64,000 nucleotides of DNA from Lama guanicoe. Its lineage: Eukaryota. Below the pieces are notes generated by a model. It did no database searches. It was not told where the DNA came from and saw nothing but the letters and a program-made list of their open reading frames with translations. Below are positions 1 to 42,900 of the stretch, one piece after another (position 1 is the stretch's first letter; the number at the start of each line of letters is the position of its first letter). The translations under genes and the position numbers were made by a program. Location of the stretch: the NCBI GenBank assembly GCA_013239625.1, contig MU057344.1, positions 126,276-190,275 on the forward strand, given 5' to 3'.

Positions 1-1491
1 GCCAGGCCTCTCTTTCAGTTGGAGCCTGGTGCTCCCTGGGATAGATATAGTGGGGTTTTACCCACAATCTGTTCCCAGGGAAGGCTCGAAAGACCCAGGA
101 CTGGACCTGCGCTGGACCCCTAAAACCACCTCCCCAACCAGAAATCGAATCACTCCTCCTTCGTGGAGATGGGGAGGGGTGGTAGCTTCTTTCCGACTGC
201 CCTGTGTGGGCTACATCTGGGATCCCCTGCCGGGCCCCCTCCCCTCCACCACCGCCAGGGCACTTTGCCAAGTCCCTGCAGGATTTTCCCGACTTCCTCC
301 CCGCTGCTCCTGGGTGTGGCTGGGGTGGGGGGAGGCTATGAAAGCCGCTCAGCCCTCTTCTGCGGGTTATCGTCCTTCTAGAGCCTACTGTGTGTCTGAG
401 GGTGGGGAGAGAGAGTTGGCCAAGGCTCCCCGCACCCCCCCACCCCACCTTGGGTCACTGGAGGGTGGAAGGAGTCCCTGCAGATTCTGCAGACCCCCCC
501 CACCCGGAGGCTCCCAGCAGGGGCCAGGCAGGTGGACAAGCCACCATTGTTTTTCATTCCCCAATCCAAAAGTTCTGGCCCCCCAGAGATCCTGAAGAGA
601 GGGGCATCTTTTCAGGGACAGGATGCCCCGGTGCATGTCCCCATGGACCTGTTCCTTTGGGGCAGCCCGTTCTACCAGCAGCTCTTGCGACCCACCTGCC
701 CCCAACCCCTAGTAGGCTGTGGGCATCCCAGGCCCTGGTTTGTCAGATCAAGTGCCCTCAGGGCTCCAAGAGTGGAGTGCTGAGGGTGGGGCTGCCCTGT
801 GCTGCCCAGACTTGACTTTGTGGTTCACAGGCTGCCTTGACTGCACTCACCGTAGGAGCCTTGCAGGAGGAGGGGTCTTTCACCTCCTGGAGGAGGATGG
901 TGTCTTGGCCTGTCCGCAGGGCTGCACGGAGCCAAGCTGGCCCAGAGCCCTGAGCTCAGAGCCCATCACCCTGAAACTTCATCATCTGTCTTAGCGGCTC
1001 CTGGCTCTGCCCAGGTGTGGGCCTGAGTAGTGGGTGGGTCCATGGGGAGAGTGGGGCTTGGAAGGCAAGGACCCCAGGCCAGGTGGGTCCCCTTCCCATA
1101 TCCAGCCCGAGCTGAGATGGACGTTATTGGGATTGGGTGGCTGGGGTCACTTAGACCTGAGGGTTGGGGGAGCTCCTTCTTGAGGGAGGAGGTGTGTTTA
1201 CAGGCCACATGTCCTAGTGTGTGATATACATGGACAGTAGCATCCGTCGTGTGTGTGCATGTATGTGTGCATGTGAGCACACAGCTGCTTCCTTACAGCT
1301 GCTTCTTGGGGGGTTGACACATCTGCCCAGGATTTGAGTCTACTCTGGATGTCTGGTCTGAGCCAGCTGAGGTGGGAAGAGGAGAAGATCCAGGCGCCAG
1401 TCTGGTGTTTGCCTCTGGCCTCTGTGGGCCCCTTTCCCCAGTGGGAAGAGGATCGCTGATACCTATGCACACCCCCCCATGTCCGTCCCAG

Positions 1492-30789
<29,298 letters not shown>

Positions 30790-32030
30790 GCCACACCACA
30801 CCCACCACCTACCCTGCTGTAATTATTTTCTATTTTTGTAAACTTGTTGCTTTTTTGATATGATTTCCTTGCCCATGTGTCGGCCGGAGGGACTGCTGGC
30901 CCAGCCTCCCTCCTATCCAGGCAGGCGAGCTGCAGAGACAGACTTGGTGCCCAGGGACTCTCGGGGTGATGGGGGTGGAGGTGATGTGGCACGTGGAGGG
31001 CTTGGCTCACTTGGCAGTCTTGGGATGTGCCCCTCTGCCTCAAGACACCGTGTCCTGGCCTCTTGGGCTGTGCCTTCCCCGTGTGTCCACTCATGTTGGC
31101 CCTCGTGTTTTCCAGCCTGTCAGCAGACCTCACATACACGCTGCCTATGTTCCATCTGGTGAGACCAGTGTCCACAGAGCAGGAGGGCCCTTCCTCTATG
31201 CAGGCTCTATGAGGCCTTTCTGGGGTCCCACCTGAGCCATTCCTCCTTCCAGCATGTGCCCGCTGGGGCTAGCCTCACCAGGGCTAGCCGAGCCAGGGCC
31301 AGCCCCTCCAGGGCCTCCTGTGCCAATACTGTGACTTGGAAAAAATGTCACTGTTGGGGCGACACTGCACCTTCCCTCCAGCTGTGCCCACTAGTCGCAA
31401 GGCACTGGAGAGTGGAGGCCAGGCCCAGGCCTGTTCAGGGCACCCTGGCCGTCAGCTGGCCCTGCCCATCCATCCAGCCACCCTCAGCATGGCTGTGTTC
31501 CCTCCCTGTAAGGAGTCTGAGAGGGAGCGGGGCTACTGTGTGGTATGGTTGACGTCTACTGCCTGCTTACCTGGGCTGCAGGCATCCTCTCTCAAGGAGG
31601 CATGTCCAGTCCTGACCACCAACCACAGTCTTAATGTATTGATTTTAGTTGACATCTGTGGTGGTGGGGCTGTTGTCTTTCCTGTCCTGGATTGAGGGCA
31701 GCTGAGGACACTACACAGCAAACCTCTCCAATTCTAGTGCAAGAAGTGGCTGTCCTTATCCAGGAATGACCAGGAGCTGACCAAGGCCAAGGGGTAGGTG
31801 TAGGAGTGGCAGAGATGGCTGCAAAGCCAAAAATGTCTTAAACTGCAATGTTAGGTTTCATCTGGTCTGGTCTCCACTGTCTGCCTGTGTCCCGTCCTGG
31901 TCAGGGTGGCAGCCCCGAGCCTCCCACAGCCCCTCCCACAGCCAGGCCTCGGCTGTCTGGCTTAGAAGCTGGAGGGAGCCTCATATGTCCTGTTACTAAC
32001 TCCAGTACGTGTCTGTGTCAATCGCCGTGA

Positions 32031-32036
32031 AATAAA
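32031..32036 (+). terminator. AGRN polyadenylation signal
   Basis: AATAAA about 1.24 kb after the stop, followed by GT-rich sequence. Confidence 0.8.
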
Positions 32037-33239
32037 GTCTAAACACTTTAAAGAGGTGCTTGCATGTGTACCCACAAACCACTGCCATCAGCCCCACCTG
32101 GCCCTGCACTCGCCCACCTGGCTGGTTCTTCTTTATAGTAGCTTCTTGCTCCCTTAGGTGGCTCTGGATGGACGAGGGTCCCAGCGATGGGGTGGGGGGC
32201 TGCTTTTGGTAAGGAGACCCCATGCAGTGAGTGTGCACTGCTGTGCATGGGTGAGCTCCTGGTGGCCTCCTTCAGGACTGCAGGTCTTGCCACGGGTGCA
32301 TGTGCCTGAGTGTCTGCACACATATCAGCCTGTTCTGTGTGTCTGTGAACACAGTATGGGAGGAGGGGCTGTGCGGAGAGCGGGCTGAGGGGGAGCCAGG
32401 ATGGGATGGGGGGAGGGGGAAGAGGGAGGATAGGGGTTGGGGTGTGGGGTGGTCCTGTGCTGGGATGGACACAGGGTGGAGGAGGCACTGACTGAGGCAC
32501 CCTGATGCATCTGGAGGGGCTAAGCTGGAGGAGCTGAGGCCACCTGAATGGAGTGCAGAAGGCCATGGGATACCAGGCAGAGGGGAGGCTGGGCTGAGGC
32601 CTGGCACATGAGGGAGTAGGCAGGCTCTGCTAGGTGCTAAGTGAGGGGAGAAGAGGCCCCCAGATGGGGAGATCAAGGAGAAGGTGGGACGGGAAGCTGG
32701 AAGGAGCAGGAGAGGGTGCTCTGGGAGCTGATACTTCCAGAAGGAGGGGGCTCTCAGGGCAACCAGTGCTAAGGTTGCAGGACCCTCAGGTGGTCAGGAG
32801 GGTGAGGAAGAGGAAGAGCAGTGGGCAGTGAGGGCTGACCTGCCCTCAGCACTGGTGGGTGGGGATTTGAGATCAGAGGTTGCAAGCAGCAGAAGGCTCT
32901 AAGCCCTGGTGTACCACTCCTGAAAAGGCCAGAGGGGCTGGGCAGAGCCTGGGCAGGCCCTGACACACCTAATGGGAATCCCAAAGTTAGGAGCCCAGGC
33001 ATGGAAGGGTGGAGCCCCAGGGACAGACTCATGAGAGGTGATTGTCCAGTGGGGGCAGGATGGGGATGACAAGCTAGCCTGGTGGGGGCAGTTGTAGCAG
33101 GACAAAGGCCCTGAGATCCAGGGAATGTCTGCATCATTTAGGAAGTGTAGCGACCAGGTAGGGCACAGAGGTGGGGAGGAGGGAGGAAGGCAGCCCCAAG
33201 CCAGGACGGTGTAAGAGGAAAGACCTGGTTATCACCTGG

Positions 33240-33960
33240 GCTCCCACCTCCGCCCCTCTGGGGTCTCGTCTGGGGTCCCCCGTGGGACGCGGGGCGGGTG
33301 GGAAATGTTCCGCCCCCTCATCCAGCTCCGAGCCCCTCCTTCAGAATGTGGGGACCACAGCCCCTTCTCCCCGAGAACGGAGGCGGAGCCGGAAAGGTTC
33401 TTGGAAGGAAAGCGCCCACGTGAGCTGAACCGCGCCACTCGGAGCAGGGCCGCCCGGCGCCTTCCCTCTCCGAGCCCGGGACGTCGTGTGACCCCTAGGG
33501 CGCCCTCGGGACCTGCTGCTTTTATTCCGGTCTCCCAGCGTCTTGAGACATGAGGGCGCTGGGCCTTTAAGAGAGATTGGGAGGGGCGGGGCCTCTAGGT
33601 AGGCGTGGCCAGGTGGGCGGAGTGGGCCAGTTGTGGGCGGGGCTCCAATGGGCGGGTCCTCTTTGTGGGCGTGGCCTCCTCGGCCCCGGCCAGAGCTTCC
33701 AGACCGAGCAGACATGACCTCGCGCAGGTGAGCCTGGCCACCCGGTGGCCCGACGCCACGACCCCACGACATGGGCTTAGGGCTGACGGGCGCAGACAGG
33801 GCCGGGACGTCTCCCGCTCCTGACCGGTGGCCTCCAGGCCTGGCCTTCTGACACTCACCCACCTCCAGAGCCAGGGCCACCGGATACCTGTGTCCCGCGC
33901 CAGAGAGGCCTAGCCTCACTCAGGAGGCTGGAAAGGACTCTTTTCGATCGGGGTTACTGG
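33240..33960 (+). promoter_or_regulatory. CpG-island promoter of the SHP-like phosphatase gene
   Basis: CpG-rich. Several GC boxes (GGGGCGGGGC 33583-33592 and others to about 33675), ATTGG 33576-33580 and CCAAT 33645-33649 directly upstream of ATG 33714. Confidence 0.8.
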
Positions 33961-36900
33961 GCCTGGGTCGGGGTCAGAGGTACCCTGACCCTAGGGAACG
34001 GATTGTGTCCTTAGGTGGCAGTGGCTGGAGCCTAGAGTGGGCAGCATGTGTCAGGTCAGAGGCAGACCCTCCCTCTCTCACTCCCCTGGACTCCTTGCCC
34101 TGCTTCAGGCTGCCTTTTGGCCACTAGAGATGTGTTCTGCCTGGCAGGGTATCCCACCTCCTCCAGGCCTGAAACTGAGGGTATCCTGGAGGCTTCAGTC
34201 TCCCCCTCTAGGTGTGGCCCCTGCAAAGACAAGTCCCCCTCCACAGGCTCATCTCCCCCACAACCGCCTAAGGCCAGGCTTAGGAGCAAGCTCCTGGGGT
34301 GTGTGTGAGAGCCAGCTTCTGGCCTCCATGAAGAGGGAAGGTGGGACGTGTGCAGGGAGGGGCACTTTCTGCCCTTTCTACCAGATCCCAGCTCCCCGAG
34401 TGTGTGCACACATGCATGTGAGCTCAGACTCTAGCTGGGCATGGGTGTCAGTGGGGAGCTACTCAGGTGTAAGATGCATGTCACCGCTTCCTGGCACTTG
34501 GCACATCCAGAACACCCCTCTGGGGCTTGATGAGGCTGGATGTCATTGGAGGGGGTCACCCTAAGACCCTGAGTGACTCCCTAGATCAGTGAGGGACTGA
34601 ACAAGGTCTGATCTGCAGGGCCCAAGGCAGTGCCTCAGCTGTGAGGGTCCCAGAATCCTTCCAAGGGTGTGGTGATCCTGGCACAGTGGCCTCTGGCAGG
34701 GTCAAGGGCCCTCTTAGGCTTAGGAATAGTGGAAGTGGGTTGAATCTCTAGGAACTTGTCAGTCCCAGAGCCCTGTGATTCCAAGGTTTAACATCCAGCT
34801 GGAGCTCAGGGAGGAGGGCATTTTGGGGTCTGGTTGGAATGACCCGTCTGGCTCCCCTCAGCCTCACTCTTGCTTGTCTCCTAGGCATCTCTGGTGCTCA
34901 GAAAAAGCCATATCCATGTCATGTGCATGTGACCCTGGGCCAACCTGGGAAAGCCCCGGGTGGGGCTCTGCCTGCCCCTGCCAACCCTCCCTGCCCAAGC
35001 TTGTGATGACCATCTGGACTGTCACTCCTCTGGCCCCTGGGTCTCTGCCCACACCCCTATCAGGCCTGGGCAGGCCCAACCAAATCCCAAGTAAAGCTCA
35101 TCCCCCCATGCCTGCCCCCACCCTCTGGCCCCTTCCTGTAGCCCTGTGGTTTGTGGGTCAGTGTGCACCTCCATCAGCATCACTCACCCAGGACTCTGGT
35201 GCTGTGGGCAGGGCTGGGCATGGTCCTGCCAGAGTGCTGTGGTTTGATGTGTTGATATTGGTGTCTGAGGGAGGAGAGTATAGCTCAGTGGTAGAGTGCC
35301 TACCTAGCATGCACGAGGTCCTGGGTTCAATCCCCAGTACCTCCATCAGAAGTAAATAAATAAAACCTACCCCCCAATAAAATAAAGTAAAAGATATTAG
35401 TGCCTGGGAGGAAGCTGGGTCCACAGGAAGAGGAGGGTACAGCTGAACCCGCTCAGGTTCCCTCTCTGTTCAAAGTTGGAGAGGAAAATGTGTCTCTGAT
35501 TAATCTGGTCCTGCACAGACAGGACAGACGTTGATTGAGTTTCCTCGGAGGAGGGGCTGGGGGACAGGGAGATGGAGAAGGACAGTGACTATGTTCTGGG
35601 GCCCTCAGCCCTGGAATTCCAGCCTGGGACCCTTCTCCACTGGCCTGTGTATCTCCCACCATCACAATGTCTTCCCTACAGGTGTGTCCAGCCCCTGTCC
35701 CATGTGTGCATAAGCATGTTGACAGGCTGCTCACTGGGTCTCCTAGAGTCCCAGGGTTGGAGCAGTGCCATACAGATGGGACACCAAGGCCACAAAGGAA
35801 GCTGGCCAGCGGGTTTAGGCTGATCTCTTAGGTAACCTGGGCTGTCCCTGGGCTCCTGAGCACTGACTGGACTCAGCTGGGCCCAGGCTGTTAGACTTGT
35901 GGAGAGCCCAGTATGCCCTGCTCAGCCCACCTGGCTCTCTCCCGGTTCTGCCTGACCCATGTCACCACAGCAGAGCTGAGTCACTGACCCACCACAGAGC
36001 AGGGACCCCTTCAGCACAGAAATGACTCTGAGCCCTGGGCACAGAGGGGGCGTGGAGATTGGAAATGGGGACCTGCAGCCTCCCTACCTCCTTCCACCCC
36101 TTCAGCCAGGCGCAGCCAGCTGGCCTGCTAGGAACCTGGCTCCTGGTAGTCGGGTGTGTGGGAGGGCAGTGGTGTGAGCTGTTGCACCCTCTCTGGACGT
36201 CCCACCCCTAGAGATTTCCACCTGATAGACCCAGGGGCAGTTTGCGTGGAGGAGAGAGGGATGAAAAGTAGGAATGAGAGTCCTGGAAAGGACATACACT
36301 GTGCCCTTCACCCCTTGCTGTGGCTTTGATGCTGGTCTCCACCCTCTATCCCTGCCCCCACACTCTGGGCATTGCCCACCTTGGACTGGAGTCTGTGGCT
36401 GCTGGGGCCGGGGGAGGGGCAGCCGGGTACAGGATGTGGTTCAGCAGAATAGGTGGACGGGCTTGCGGGGGGGGGGGCGGCCGGAAGCCTTCTTTTTGGT
36501 TCTAGTCCCCCCACCCCCACTGCAGTGTCTCAGACGGCACAAGGCCATCACCCTTTTCCTGGTGGCCTCACCTGCTCTCCTGTGACTGGACCTGGAGGTC
36601 ATTCTGTGGCAGCTCCTGCCCCAGGAAGTCTTCCCTGGCAGCCTCACCTGCCAGACCACTCGACCAAAATTGCCCCCAGGTCTGGGTCCTCCTCCTGTAG
36701 GAGAGAGCTTGAGACCCCAGGCCCCAAACATGCCCAGGAAGTGCCAGGCTGGTAGTACCCCTACTTCCCCCAGGGAGAGTGGGAGTGGGAGCACTGGGCG
36801 GCCCTGGGCACATTGTCTGAGCTTCTGGGCCTCTGTGAACCAATATGTGGACCCTGGGGAGCCACAGAAGTCAGAATGGAGTGTGTCCTCCCCGGGGCTA

Positions 36901-39900
36901 ACGTATAATGGTGACGACACAGGGGACAGGTGAACACAGAAGCATGTACACGCCTATCTGCTGTTAACCAGTGCCACATTTGGAAGGTGGAGCAGTGATG
37001 CAGCTTGACTGGGAAGGACCTCTCAGGAAACAGGCAGGGAGGGAGTATGAGCCATGGCCACAGGGGTAGGTGGGAAGTGGCCAGACGAGGGGAGAGGTCA
37101 GGGAACAGAGATGGAGAACACGGTATTTGCCGTGGTGGTTCTGCCAGGTGTGTCGGTGTCCTGAGAGCCACAGAGGGCCACTGGCGAGGTTTAGGTGGCT
37201 CTGATCTCCATTTTCTGAGAATCCCTCGGTCTGCCATGGCTCGGCTGTAGGGTCAGAGATGAGGCCCAGGGACCTGGAATCAGTACTGTCATCCAGGCAA
37301 GAGCTGATGGGCGCTGGCCCCAGGGTGCTGGGAGAAGTGTTTGGCTGTGGGGTATTTAGAAGGCAGGGCAAGAGGGTGGCGAGGTTGGGAGGGTGCTGGA
37401 GGACTTGCGGGCAGGACCTGAGTGACGGGGAGGTGGTGGCCCCCTTCACAGAGTGAGGACCGTGCAGAAGAACGGGGGCTTGAGGGTGTTATCGGGAGGT
37501 TTGAATGTTGCAGATTTTAAGATAGAGATGCTGGTACCTGTCCAGAGATGCTGAGAAGAGTTGTGTCTGTGAGTCTGAAGTTCAGGCCCAGGCAGGGCTG
37601 GAGTTGAGATGGTGTGTGGATGTGTAGACGTGTGTAGGTCACAGGAGAGGGGCTCTGACATTATAGGGCCAGAAAGAAGAGGAAGAGGACGCCAGTCGGA
37701 TGTGGTGCAAAACCAGGGGAGTTTGCACACTTGAGAACAGCAGAGTGGAGGTCGCACTTCTAGAAGGAGGCATGATCCGCCGCGTCAGATGCTGCTGAGG
37801 ATTGAGGCCTGACCACCGGCCCCAGGAGGCGGGTGAGAACCTGTGAGCCCCAGTCTCAGTGGGGCTGGGGGGCACCAGGATTCAGGGCTGTGGGGACTCA
37901 GGCGAAGATGGGCAGTGCTGACCAACTTTCTGTGGTGGTGGAAATGTTTCCACCACTGCGGTCAACAGTCCCCACCAGCTACAGCAGCTTTCAGCAGTGA
38001 AACGTGGCCCCTGTGACCAAGACTGGGATTGGGATTCTGCTGAATTGTAATCCATTCACGGGCACACCCCACACAAGCCATAGGCTGCGTACTGGGCAGC
38101 GCAACATAGACTGTGCAGGGGGATGGCTCCTTAGAGGTGTTGGACAGGAGCTGAAGTCAGGGCACAGGAGGCCTGAGAACGGGGTGGAGGGAGGAGGGGA
38201 GGGCCCGGAGGGAAGAAAGCGGACAGCTTTTACACAAGAGACGCGATCTGATTCCCATTCCGGAAGGACCTCAGTGGGGCAGCTGTGGGGGCAGAGCAGG
38301 GTCCTCCCGGGGCACAGCAGCCACCCCACTTGTGCCCAGGTTATGACTGCAAACAGCTGGTCGGGGCCTGGGGACGCAAGGCAGTGGAGTTGGAGTTGGA
38401 GGCCTGGTTTCCCTCTGGGTGCAGGACTGGGCAGGACCATCCCCCACACCATGTGTCACTGTGCAGTGAGCTGGGGACACACTTCAACCAGGTGTCCCAA
38501 GCTCCTCCTGCAGTGACCCTTGGTGACCCTGGGGGAGATGGTGTTGCCAGTGAAAGGCCAATTACAGCGCCACAGGGTCATGCTGGGGGATTGCAAAGGG
38601 GTCCGTGCTCTGAGGGGCTCTGGCACTACCACATTAGTGTGATTGAATCAAGGCCCGGAAACTCCTGCCCTAATGGGGAGATGCACTGAGACAGAAAACA
38701 CCACGGCGAAGAAAACAGCAGTTGCAATCTCAGACGTGGGCTCACGTGCAGCCCTGAGCTGTACCCCCATCCCCTTGGGGGCTGTAAAGGACCGTCCCAG
38801 GGTGGGGGTGGGGTTGAGTCCCCTTAGCATGGACGCCCCGCTTGGTCCTCCACCAAGACCTGCCTCAGCCTGAATTGGGCCCTGCAGTCCGCAGGACCCG
38901 CGGTGATCCTCTGGGCCTCCCTGGCCCAGCCCCACGCGCAGCCCAGCCACCAGCCACCTGCTTACCCACCACTCACCACCCATTCAGTAGTCATTTACTT
39001 CTGAATTCAAGCCCAGTTGTTAGCCCGCAGGCACTGTTTAGGGCCCTGGGTACACGCTGCACAGTGTCTGCCCTTGTGGGGCTTCAGTCTCAAGCAGAAG
39101 ACATGCAACAAGCCAATAAATACATAATATACGTCAAAGAGATGACAAATGCTACGAAGGGAAATAAGGCAGAATAAGCATCGAAGAGTGAGGTGATGGG
39201 CCCCCAAGTCACGGGAAGTGGCCGGGAGTGAGGACGGCTGGGGCGGAGGCCCTGAGGTGCGTGGCCTGGTGTGGGTGAAGGGCTAAGGCTGGCAGGTAGG
39301 AAGGGCGAGTGCTGACGGCATGGGAGGTGGTTGTGGGCCCATGGGCTGTTCTCCTGTTCTGGGGGGCTGACCAAGTGACTGACACGATGTGCTAGGGTCC
39401 CTCGGGTGGCCAGGACTGGGAGTGGTGGGGCCGAAAGGGTCTGCCCATGGGCTGTAAGGGATGGGGGACCCTGGGCCTCTCTGGGGCATCCTTGGTGCCT
39501 TTGGCTGAGCTGGGCCGGCGGTGGGTGAGGGAGAGGCCAGGCACAGGAGGTTTGAGCCAGAAGGTTTGAGCTGAGGTGCCTGGTGGCGTCCTGTGGGGGT
39601 GCTGGAGGGGCCCTGTCCTGCCCACCTGCCACTGTGGGAGATTTCCACCCATCTGTGTCCCTGAGACCCCACAGCCCCGCCTCCTTCCCTGTGGGCCTCA
39701 GACCCCGTGGGCACAGCCCAAGGGAGGCAGCAAGCGCAGGGTGGCAGCACGGGCATAGGGGGTGTCTGCCGCTGAGGCCAGGACGAAGAGTGGGTGTGGC
39801 CGGCACTGCCCAGCACCGCCCGCCCTCGGGGGCACCAGCTTGCCGTCCTCATTCCAGGTGGTTTCACCCCCGCGTCAGCGGAGTTGAGGCGGAGAAGCTG

Positions 39901-42900
39901 CTCCTGTCCAGGGGCCAGCACGGGAGCTTCCTGGCAAGACCCAGCAAGAGCTGCCCAGGGGGCTTCACCCTGTCAGTCAGGTGGGTGAGCGCTGCAGCCA
40001 GGTGTGAACCAGCCTGAGACCCCAGGAGACCTCAAGGGGTCCGCACACCCGAAGCTGAGAACACAGCTGGGGATCCGGCTCCCCAGTCCTCCTGGGGTGG
40101 GGGCCCCTGCTGGGGGCTAGACACATGAGATTTTGGTTCTGTGGGACGAATGGTATTCCTGGCCAGGTGGCCTCCAGGAAGGAGGGAACCACTTAGAAAG
40201 GCCTTCGGGGAGGGCTCCGTGAGTGGAGCATCGGCAGGACACCCCCTCCCCAGCTCTCTAAGGGGCCTCCGTGCTCCCATCTCCTGGGGGTGTTGCCCAC
40301 TGCCGCCCACTGTGGGTCTGGCCAGAGCCCATGAAGGGTCCATTGTGTGTGGGAGGATGAGCAGGAGGGGCCACGACCAGCAGAGTGGACAGCCAGGCCC
40401 ATGTCCACCCTGTGGTCTAGGGAGGGGGGCTTCCAAAAGGGCTCAGATTTTTCCAGATTTCTGCTAACACTGAGGCAGCAGGTGGGACTGAGGTCAGCCC
40501 TCAGGATGGATCCCCCACCCTGGAGAGACAGGTGCTCCTCCCCGGGGCTTCCCAGGCCGCACTGTGACACATGGGGGAAGCAGTCTTGAGGGCCAGTCCC
40601 CCATCGTCGGGAGCCCGTGGACAGGTGGTCTGGGCTGACGCAGAGCCTGCCATGGGAGGGTCAGGCCTGGAGTTGGCAAGCGCAGTCTTGGCTGCCCCAC
40701 GGCAGTGGGAGTGGGGTGCCCACCACCCAGGGTGGGGCCTGGACACTGGCTGGACACAGAGCTGCAGTGGAGGGGTCTGGCCTTGGCTATGGCTGTTCCT
40801 GGCAAGGGGACGGCAGAGACTGTGACCTCAGGGCAGGAAAATCCCAGCTACTGTTCTAGAAGCTGAGGGTGGCGATGGGAAGGAGGGTGGTGGGCGGGAC
40901 AGGGCTGCCGATGGTGGCTGGTGCACCGGCCCTTCCAGGCGCCACGATGAGGTGACCCACATCAAGGTTCAGAGCACCGGCGACTACTACGACCTGTATG
41001 GAGGGGAGAAGTTTGCAACGCTGGCCGAGCTGGTGCAGCACTACACAGGCCAGAGTGGGGGGCTGCTCCGGGAGCGCGGCGGGGCCCCCGTCGAGCTCCG
41101 GCACCCACTGGCCTGCCAGGACCCCACGTCGGAACGGTGAGCAACTGGGTCTGTGTCTGGCCCGGCCCCTGTGTCTGTCTGCACACGTGTGCATTCGAGT
41201 TTCTGAGGGAACAGATGGCCTCTGGGCGTCCTCTGCCCCCCAGGGCTCAGGGTCCGTCCTGGGCACGGCAAAGCTGAGGGAGTGTCCTGCACCCCCTCCC
41301 CTGGAGTTCTGGGGGCCTCATTTCTTCCAGGTCCCAGGCTCTGGCCATAGGCGTAGTTCTGCAGCCGATCTCACCCCTGCCCTCCTAGCTGGTGACCTGG
41401 TGAGCGATTCCTCCAGCCCTGGGTTCCCATCCGTGCTGCGGAGGCCTGAGAGCTGCATCTACCAAGGAAGCGGGTGGAGCTGGTCTGTGGAGACCAACTG
41501 CCCCTCCTTACTGAGGACCAGGCTGCCACCTGGTGGTCACTCTGGGGCCCTGCAGAGCCCACTTGTCCTGCCTCCTGCCGGTTTCTAGGTAGGGCAGGGC
41601 AGACTGAGGCTGGCTTGGGCCCCCGACGCCTAGGGTCCTTATAGTGAAGAGGTGTCTCTTTGCCTTCCTCAGTCATCTCTCACTGTGCAGTGATGAGAAC
41701 ACGACCAACCCTTATAACCTGGCCATTTGCTTCACCCCTACACTGATGCCTGTTCTAGAAACACGGGTCAAGTGTCCTGCCAGGCTCACACAAATGAGAT
41801 TGTCCAAACCATCATCATCATCCACCACGAGACTATTTTCCCAGAAGCTGAAGAGCTGGATGGCCCTGTTTATGAGATATGTGCGGCTGGGGATGACTGT
41901 TGTGACAGCCTGCGTCTCTCATGGTGTCTGTGTCTCAAAGCCTTTGGCTACGTATGGGTCTGGGCCCCTGACCTGGCCAGGCGGGGCCCCCAGCCTCACC
42001 TGTGCCACCCTGGGCCAGGTGGTACCACGGGCACCTGTCTGGCAAGGAGGCCGAGAAGCTGCTGATGGAGAAGGGACATCCAGGCAGTTTCCTGGTTCGA
42101 GAGAGTCAGAGCAAACCTGGGGACTTTGTGCTATCAGTACTCACACAGCATCTGGACAAGGCGGACCACCAGCCACGGGTCACCCACATCATGATCCACT
42201 TCCAGGTGGGAGGTGGCAGCTGAGGTGGGGTGTGACTCAGGGGAGGGGGCAGCAGCCAGGCCCCTCACTGCTGCCCCCACAGCCAGATGGGAAGTACAAC
42301 GTGGGAGGAGGGGAGCAGTTCGACACCCTGGGAGATCTGGTGGAATGCTACAAGAAGAACCCCATGGTGGAGAGTTCGGGGGCCGTGGTTCACCTCAGGC
42401 AGGTACGCCCCCGGGCATTTGATCCTTGGGGTCCAGAGTGCGCTTCTCCTCCGGGGGGGAGGCCAAGGTTTGCTGGCACAGCCTCACCCAGGCAAAAGGG
42501 CGCCAGGCAGTGCTGGGACGCTGTCGCTGAGGGGAAGGATACAGGGGACAGGGCACTGTGGGTTCTTCTGGACCCTGCTAAGCTTGGACACGGGTCCCTC
42601 CCTGCCAGCCCCTCAAGGCCACGAGAATCAGCGCTGCAAACATTGAGAGCCGTGTGCAGGAGCTCAGCAAGGCCACCGATGCCAGCGGGAAGGCTAAGCA
42701 GGGCTTCTGGGAGGAGTTCGAGGTGCCTGCCTGCTGCTCATTGCCCCCTCTCAGACTCCCATCCTCTGGGGCTGTGGCAAGGGCCAGCAGAGGAGTGCGG
42801 GTCAAGGGGTGTGAGGTTGGTGTTGAGGGCTCTGGGAAAGGGTCAAGGCTCCGGGCTGAAGCCCCATCTCCCCACCCTCAGATGCTACAGCAGCAGGAAT

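Noticed and set aside
35269-35345. tRNA gene candidate
   Set aside because: The A-rich tail, target-site duplication and poor acceptor-stem pairing indicate a SINE; the same applies to 58702-58780.
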